Shown: positions 56,665 through 64,000 of the stretch, piece by piece | Layout: each line of letters opens with the position of its first letter | Position numbering within the stretch: the first letter of the stretch is position 1 | Source of the DNA: an uncultured Actinomycetota bacterium | GTDB taxonomy: Bacteria; Actinomycetota; Actinomycetes; Propionibacteriales; Nocardioidaceae | Direction of reading: 5' to 3' | DNA: 64,000 nt | Assembly (NCBI GenBank): GCA_963745795.1 | Contig: CAVUYR010000006.1 | Span: forward strand, 504,692-568,691 | Notes under the pieces: model-generated | What the model saw: the letters and a program-made list of their open reading frames with translations, nothing else | What the model was told of the DNA's origin: nothing | Databases searched by the model: none | Made by a program: the position numbers and the translations under genes

Positions 56665-58752
56665 GTGCGGACTGCTGGACGGGCGCCGGCGAGCACCTAC
56701 CGGGTGCAGGTGACGGCGGACAACGACCTGTTCGCCACCACCCGGCTGCTGCCCTACCTGCACGACCTCGGGGTGGACTGGGTGTACCTGTCCCCGATCC
56801 TGAAGGCCGAGCCGGGCAGCGACCACGGCTATGACGTGGTCGACCCGACACGCGTCGACGACAGCCGCGGGGGCGCCGAGGGGCTGGCGGCCTTGTCGGC
56901 CGAGGCGCGCCGGCTCGGCATGGGCGTGCTCGTCGACATCGTGCCGAACCACGTCGGTGTCGCGACGCCCGAGGCCAACCCCTGGTGGGCCGACGTGCTC
57001 GAACACGGCGAGGACTCGGCCTACGCGTCGTACTTCGACGTGGACTGGGCTGCGGGCGACGGCCGCCTGGTGCTGCCCGGTGCCGACAACGACGGTGACC
57101 TCAACTACCGGCGGTTCTTCACGGTCAGCACGTTGGCCGGCGTCCGCGTCGAGGACCCGGACGTGTTCGCTGCCACCCACCGGGAGGTGGCGCGCTGGTT
57201 CCGGGAAGGACTCGTCGACGGGCTGCGTATCGACCACCCCGACGGGCTGCGCGACCCGAAGGCCTACCTCGACGACCTCGCCGAGCTCACTGGCAGTCCC
57301 TACGTGCTGGTGGAGAAGATCCTTGAGACCGGCGAGGACCTGCCCCGGGACTGGGCGACGGCCGGCACCACCGGGTACGACGCCCTCGCGCTCGTCGACC
57401 GCGTGCTCACGGACCCGGCCGGCGAGGTGCCGCTCGACGACCTGGAGACCTCGCTGCGCGGCGGGCCGGTCGACTGGCCCGTGATGGTGCACGACGCGAA
57501 ACGACACGTCGCCGACAGCGACCTCAGCCCCGAGGTACGCCGGATCGCGCGCGAGACCGGAGAGGCCGGGGTCTCGACAGGCTCGACCACCGACGCGCTT
57601 GCCGAGGTGCTGGCCTGCTTCCCGGTCTACCGGTCCTACCTGCCCGAGGGGCGCGAGCACCTCGACCAGGCGCTGGCCGCGGCCCGGGAGCACCGGCCCG
57701 ACCTGGCGTCCGACCTGGACGAGCTGGCCCCGCTGCTGGGCGACCCCTCCGCTCCCCCGGCACTCCGGCTGCAGCAGACCAGCGGCATGGTGATGGCCAA
57801 GGGCGTCGAGGACCAGTCGTTCTACCGCTGGTCGCGGCTGACCTCGCTCAACGAGGTCGGCGCCGACCCGGCCACCTTCGCGGTCGCCCCCGACGCCTTC
57901 CACACCGCGATGATCGAGCGGCAGCGCGACTGGCCGACGGCGATGAGCACGCTGTCGACACACGACACCAAGCGCAGCGAGGACGTCCGCGCCCGGCTAG
58001 CTGTGCTCGCCGAGGTGCCCCGGCTGTGGCGCGACGCGCTCACCCGGCTGCTGGACCTGGCGCCGGTGCCCGACCCGGGGTTCGGGAGCCTGCTCTGGCA
58101 GGCGGCGCTCGGCGCCCGGCCGATCGGGCGTGAGCGGCTGCACGCCTACGCCGAGAAGGCGATGCGCGAGGCTGGTGACCACACCGGCTGGCTGTCGCCG
58201 GACCAGGCGTACGAGTCCGCGGTCCACGCCGCCGTCGACGCGTCGTACGACGACCCGGCGGTGAGCGCCGTGCTCGACGGCCTGCTCGACATCGTGCTCG
58301 AGCCCGGCCGCAGCAACGCGCTGGCCGCCAAGCTGGTGGCGCTGACGATGCCGGGGGTGCCCGACGTCTACCAGGGCACCGAGCTGTGGGACCTCAGCCT
58401 GGTCGACCCCGACAACCGGCGCCCCGTCGACTTCGACCTTCGCCGGCGCGTGCTCGCCGGCGACGTCGTCGACGGAGCGGCGAAGCTGCGGGTGGTGCGG
58501 CAGGCGCTGACACTGCGCCGGGACCGTCCGGAGCTCTTCACGTCCTACACACCGGTGCCGGCCGAGGGCCCGGCCGCCGACCACGTGCTGGCGTTCGACC
58601 GCGGCGGTGCCGTCACCGTGGTGACCCGGCTGCCCGTCGGCCTCTCCGCCCGGGGCGGCTGGGGTGACACCGTGCTCCGGCTCCCCGACGGCCCGACCGC
58701 GGTCGCCGATGTGCTGGCCGGCGGACCGGTGGCCCTGCTGGTGCGGCCGTGA
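56665..58752 (+). CDS. treY: Malto-oligosyltrehalose synthase
   Basis: [65 protein letters not shown]. Confidence 0.95.
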   Translation: MRTAGRAPASTYRVQVTADNDLFATTRLLPYLHDLGVDWVYLSPILKAEPGSDHGYDVVDPTRVDDSRGGAEGLAALSAEARRLGMGVLVDIVPNHVGVATPEANPWWADVLEHGEDSAYASYFDVDWAAGDGRLVLPGADNDGDLNYRRFFTVSTLAGVRVEDPDVFAATHREVARWFREGLVDGLRIDHPDGLRDPKAYLDDLAELTGSPYVLVEKILETGEDLPRDWATAGTTGYDALALVDRVLTDPAGEVPLDDLETSLRGGPVDWPVMVHDAKRHVADSDLSPEVRRIARETGEAGVSTGSTTDALAEVLACFPVYRSYLPEGREHLDQALAAAREHRPDLASDLDELAPLLGDPSAPPALRLQQTSGMVMAKGVEDQSFYRWSRLTSLNEVGADPATFAVAPDAFHTAMIERQRDWPTAMSTLSTHDTKRSEDVRARLAVLAEVPRLWRDALTRLLDLAPVPDPGFGSLLWQAALGARPIGRERLHAYAEKAMREAGDHTGWLSPDQAYESAVHAAVDASYDDPAVSAVLDGLLDIVLEPGRSNALAAKLVALTMPGVPDVYQGTELWDLSLVDPDNRRPVDFDLRRRVLAGDVVDGAAKLRVVRQALTLRRDRPELFTSYTPVPAEGPAADHVLAFDRGGAVTVVTRLPVGLSARGGWGDTVLRLPDGPTAVADVLAGGPVALLVRP

Positions 58753-60486
58753 GCCGGTTCGACGTCTGGGCGCCGTACGCCGGCCGGGTGCGGCTGAGCA
58801 TCGACGCCGAGACGCTGGAGATGCAGCCGAGGGGCGGCGGCTGGTGGACCACGACCGAGCCGCTGCCCGTCGGCGAGGTCGACTACGGCTACCTGCTCGA
58901 CGACGACGAGAAGCCGCTGTCCGACCCGCGCTCGCGGCGGCAGCCGGACGGCGTGCACGGGCGGTCGCGCACGTTCGACGCGGCGGCGTACGCCTGGACC
59001 GACGGCGCGTGGACCGGACGCCAGCTCGCCGGTGCTGTGCTCTACGAGCTCCACGTCGGGACGTTCACGCCCGAGGGCACGCTCGACGCCGCGCTCGGCC
59101 GGCTCGACCACCTGCGCGACATCGGTGTCGACCTGGTGGAGCTGATGCCGGTCAACGCCGTGAACGGCACGCACAACTGGGGGTACGACGGTGTGCTCTG
59201 GTCGGCCGTGAACGAGGAGTACGGCGGGCCGGCGGCGTACCAGCGATTCGTCGACGGCTGCCACGCCGCGGGCATCGGCGTCGTACAGGACGTCGTGTAC
59301 AACCACCTCGGGCCGAGCGGCAACTACCTGCCGCGCTACGGGCCCTACCTGAAGGCCGAGGGTGCGACTGTCTGGGGCGCGTTGGTCAACCTCGACGGCG
59401 AGGGCAGCGCGGAGGTTCGGCGCTACATCCTCGACAACGCGGCGATGTGGTTCACCGACTTCCATGTCGACGCGCTGCGGCTCGACGCCGTGCAAGCGCT
59501 GGTGGACTTCTCCGACGTGCACCTGCTGGAGGAGCTGGCCACGGAGGTGTCGGCGATCTCGGCCCACCTCGGCCGGCCGCTGACCCTGATCGCGGAGTCC
59601 GACCTGAACGACCCGGTGCTGGTCACCCCGCGCGAGGCCGGCGGCTACGGGCTCGACGCGCAGTGGAGCGACGACTTCCACCACGCGCTGCACGTCGCGC
59701 TGACGGGCGAGTCCGAGGGCTACTACGCCGACTTCGAGCCGCTCGCTGCGCTGGCGAAGGTGTGCACGCGCGGGTTCTTCCACGACGGCACCTGGTCGTC
59801 GTTCCGTGGCCGCGCGCACGGGCGTGCCGATCGACACCGCGAAGATGCCGAGCTGGCGGCTGGTGGTGTCCATCCAGAACCACGACCAGGTCGGCAACCG
59901 CGCGCGTGGCGACCGGATCACCGAGGCGCTCGACGACGACCAGCTGGGCTGCGCGGCGCTGCTGACGCTGTGCGGCCCGTTCACGCCGATGCTGTTCCAG
60001 GGTGAGGAGTGGGCCGCCTCGACGCCGTTCCAGTTCTTCACCGGCCACCTGGAGCAGGAGCTCGGTCGCGCGACCGCGGAGGGGCGGCTGGCCGAGTTCG
60101 CGGCACTCGGCTGGGACCCGGCCGTCGTACCGGATCCGCAGGACGAGCAGACGTTCCTCCGCTCCAAGCTGGACTGGTCCGAGCCGGCGTCCGGCCGGCA
60201 CGCGCGAATCCTGTCCGTGTACCGCGCCCTGGCCCGGCTGCGTCGTACCCACCCGGACCTGACCGACCCCCGCTTCGACCGCGTCGACTGCACCGTCGAC
60301 GAGGACACCCGCCTCTTCCGGATGCGGCGCGGCGCCCTCGAGATCGTCGTCAACTTCGGCGACTCCCCGCTGACCGTGCCCCTCCGCGACGCCACCGACC
60401 TCCTGTTCGCGACCGGTGACGGTGTGCTCGTCGACCGCGCCTCCTCGTTGACCCTCCCTCGTCACGCCGGCGCCCTCCTCCGCTGA
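58749..60486 (+). CDS. treZ: Malto-oligosyltrehalose trehalohydrolase (one indel near 59820)
   Basis: [51 protein letters not shown]. Confidence 0.95.
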
Positions 60487-61149
60487 CCCGTCGCAGATGG
60501 TCACGCCAGGGCCGCTGAGCCGTCGCAGATGGTCAGCGGGGGAACGCGGTGGTCTAGGTGCCGCCGGCCATGGTGTCCGTGCCGTCGGAGAGCACCGACG
60601 AGATCAGCCCGAACACGTTGCCGTCGGGGTCGAGCAGGTAGCCCACCCGGCCGATCCCCTGCATGTCGTCGAGGGGCAGCGCCTCCGTGGCACCGAGCTC
60701 CAGTCCCTTCTTGAACAGCTCGTCGATGTTGCCGTCGACGCCGACCACGAAGTTCGACCCGTTCACCGGGGCGCCGGGCTCAGGAGCCGGACCGCGGCGC
60801 AGCGTGAGCCCGCCGTTGATGCCGCGACCGGGTCCTTCCATGCTGATCGCACCGTCCCCGGTGTCGATGGACCAGTACGGCATCTCGCCGAACTGCGTGA
60901 AGGTCCAGCCCAGCAGTCCTCCGTAGAAGTCGACGAGCCGCTGCGGCTCGGTTGCGTGGATCTCGAAGTGCACGACGAGGTTCGCCATCACGCCTCCCTT
61001 GGTCGGTCGTTCGCACGCTACGCCGGGGCCGGGCGACACTCCAGACGTCCTGGCGAGGTCGGCCGCTCGTCCCTCCGCTGACCCGTGCCCACAGCCACCA
61101 TCTGCGACGGGTCACCATGCCCGCAGCCACCATCTGCGACGGGTCAGCG
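60481..61149. mobile_element. REPIN/MITE-like element with 2x2 nested inverted repeats carrying a VOC gene
   Basis: CGCTGACCCGTCGCAGATGGT (60481-60501; near copy at 60513) and its exact reverse complement (61129-61149; partial copy at 61097). Confidence 0.5.
60554..60988 (-). CDS. VOC/glyoxalase family protein
   Basis: MANLVVHFEIHA..FYGGLLGWTF..GINGG..YLLDPDGNVFGL; RBS AGGGAGG. Confidence 0.9.
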   Translation of the reverse strand: MANLVVHFEIHATEPQRLVDFYGGLLGWTFTQFGEMPYWSIDTGDGAISMEGPGRGINGGLTLRRGPAPEPGAPVNGSNFVVGVDGNIDELFKKGLELGATEALPLDDMQGIGRVGYLLDPDGNVFGLISSVLSDGTDTMAGGT

Positions 61150-61157
61150 AAAGAAGA

Positions 61158-61550
61158 TCAGAGGTCGAGCGCGCTCGGGTCGGCGGGTACGTCGACGGCG
61201 TACTGCTGGAGGGTTGTGAGCGGGACGATCTCGAGGACCGCCTCGTTGGTCGACGCGAGTACGACGGGGGCAGCAACGCCGTCGCGGTGGGCGCGGCCCC
61301 AGTTGAACGCGGTGACGCACCAGCGGTCGCCGGGACGGAGTCCGGGGAAGCCGTAGTCCGGGCGGGGCGTCGAGAGGTCGTTGCCGATGTTGCGCTGGTG
61401 GTCGAGGAACTCCCCGGTCACCACGGCACAGATCGTGTGGCTGCCCAGGTCCTCCGGGCCGGTGTTGCAGCAGCCGTCGCGGTAGAACCCGGTCATCGGG
61501 TCGGTGCCACAGGGCTCGAGCTCTCCGCCGAGGACGTTGCGTTCGGTCAC
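61158..61550 (-). CDS. DUF2237 family protein
   Basis: NVLGGELEPCGTDPMTGFYRDGCC..HTICAV..GNDLSTP..GLRPGDRWCV. Confidence 0.92.
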   Translation of the reverse strand: MTERNVLGGELEPCGTDPMTGFYRDGCCNTGPEDLGSHTICAVVTGEFLDHQRNIGNDLSTPRPDYGFPGLRPGDRWCVTAFNWGRAHRDGVAAPVVLASTNEAVLEIVPLTTLQQYAVDVPADPSALDL

Positions 61551-61665
61551 GGACTCAGCATGGCGCGCCCGAGCACGCCGATGGCAACCCGGCTGGACCA
61601 CCGATGAGTCGGGCAGACTCGGACGGTCAGCCCGGGCACACACCCCACGAGACGGGAGCACGCGC

Positions 61666-62542
61666 ATGGCCACCGAACTGAAACTCGAGGTGCCCGGAGC
61701 GACGATCGTGTACGACGTGCACGGGAGCCTGCCTGCCGACGACCGGGCGACCGCCGCTGCTGATGGTGGGCCAGCCGATGGACGCCACCGGGTTCGGCAC
61801 GCTGGCGTCGTACTTTCCCGACCGCACCGTCGTCACCTACGACCCCCGCGGCCTGGGCCGGAGCACGCGCAGCGACGGGTCGATCGTCAACGACCCCGCC
61901 GTCCAGGCCGAGGACCTCCACCGGCTCGTCGCCGCGCTCGGCGTCGGTGCGGTCGACCTGTTCGCCAGCAGTGGCGGCGCCGTGACCTCGCTCGCACTGG
62001 TCGCCGCGCACCCCGACGACGTGCGCACCCTGGTGGCGCACGAGCCGCCACTCTTCACGCTGCTCCCGGACGCCGCCGCGGCGGTGGTCGCCGAGCGTGC
62101 CGTGCAGGACGCCTACCACGCCCGCGGCTGGGGCGCCGGAATGGCGCAGTTCATCGCCCTGACCTCGTGGCAGGGCGAGTACGACGGCAGGTACGCCGCC
62201 CAGCCCGCACCCGATCCCGCCGCCTTCGGGCTGCCGACCGAGGACGACGGCGGCCGCACCGACCCGCTGCTCTCCGGCGTCTCCAACCCGGTCACGGCCT
62301 ACCGGCCCGACGTCGCCGCCGTGACCGCGGCACCGACGCGGGTCGTCGTCGCCGTCGGCGTGGAGTCCCGCGAGAACGTCACCGGCAGGACGTCAGCCGC
62401 CACCGCCGACGCCCTCGGACTCCCGCTCACGGAGTTCCCCAGCCACCACGGTGGCTTCCTCGGCAACGAGCACGGCCAGGGTGGCGAGCCCGAGGCCTTC
62501 GCCGCCCGGCTCCGTGAGGTGCTCGACGACGCAGCCGGATAG
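61666..62542 (+). CDS. Alpha/beta hydrolase (indel near 61750)
   Basis: LEVPGATIVYDVHG, VVTYDPRGLGRS, FASSGGA, AHEPP, FPSHHGGF. Confidence 0.87.
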
Positions 62543-62601
62543 TCCGTCACGAAAAGCACCATCTCGCCGGTGTTTCCGGTGCCAGACGTGACGGACTATC
62601 C
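62537..62601. repeat. REP-like palindrome (GGATAGTCC family) supplying the hydrolase stop codon
   Basis: GGATAGTCCGTCACG / CGTGACGGACTATCC, identical outer arms to 13368-13432. Confidence 0.8.
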
Positions 62602-62612
62602 CGAGACGGCGA

Positions 62613-64000
<1,388 letters not shown>

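Noticed and set aside
60481-61149. Possible mini-CRISPR array
   Set aside because: Only two copies per side, inverted orientation, ~11-bp spacers and no cas genes

Overview
High-GC actinobacterial chromosome segment; gene order and content resemble Nocardioides/Marmoricola (inference). From left to right: (1) an island-like block at 1-7730 (DoxX, two USPs, NRMT-type transporter with a PRC/MgtE-like partner, arcD-arcA), studded with DosR-like boxes and abutting the 3' end of tRNA-Leu(GAG), which arcA overlaps; (2) housekeeping genes guaB1, galK, DEAD helicase, a fadE pair and def; (3) an inserted SARP(BTAD)-nSTAND1-TM-beta-propeller regulator facing a small Cys-loop repeat membrane protein across 11-bp-phased repeats; (4) cysG, catalase with a FurA-like box, an MDMPI/AlkZ-like/SET cassette, SPFH-NfeD and serB; (5) a cyanophycin locus (cphB-cphA1 plus a coupled serine hydrolase) converging on an MFS gene and a CphA paralog that lacks the ATP-grasp domain; (6) fabI-fabG, dodecin, a 6C-like sRNA, moaA, glgX-treY-treZ and an ABC-F. 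Many conserved genes are broken by single-base indels while accessory genes are mostly intact, which most likely reflects assembly or consensus error, so boundaries of broken genes are approximate. The best candidates for undescribed biology are the G-domain-less CphA paralog system and the SARP-STAND receptor / Cys-loop protein pair. No CRISPR array, rRNA, integrase or transposase was seen.
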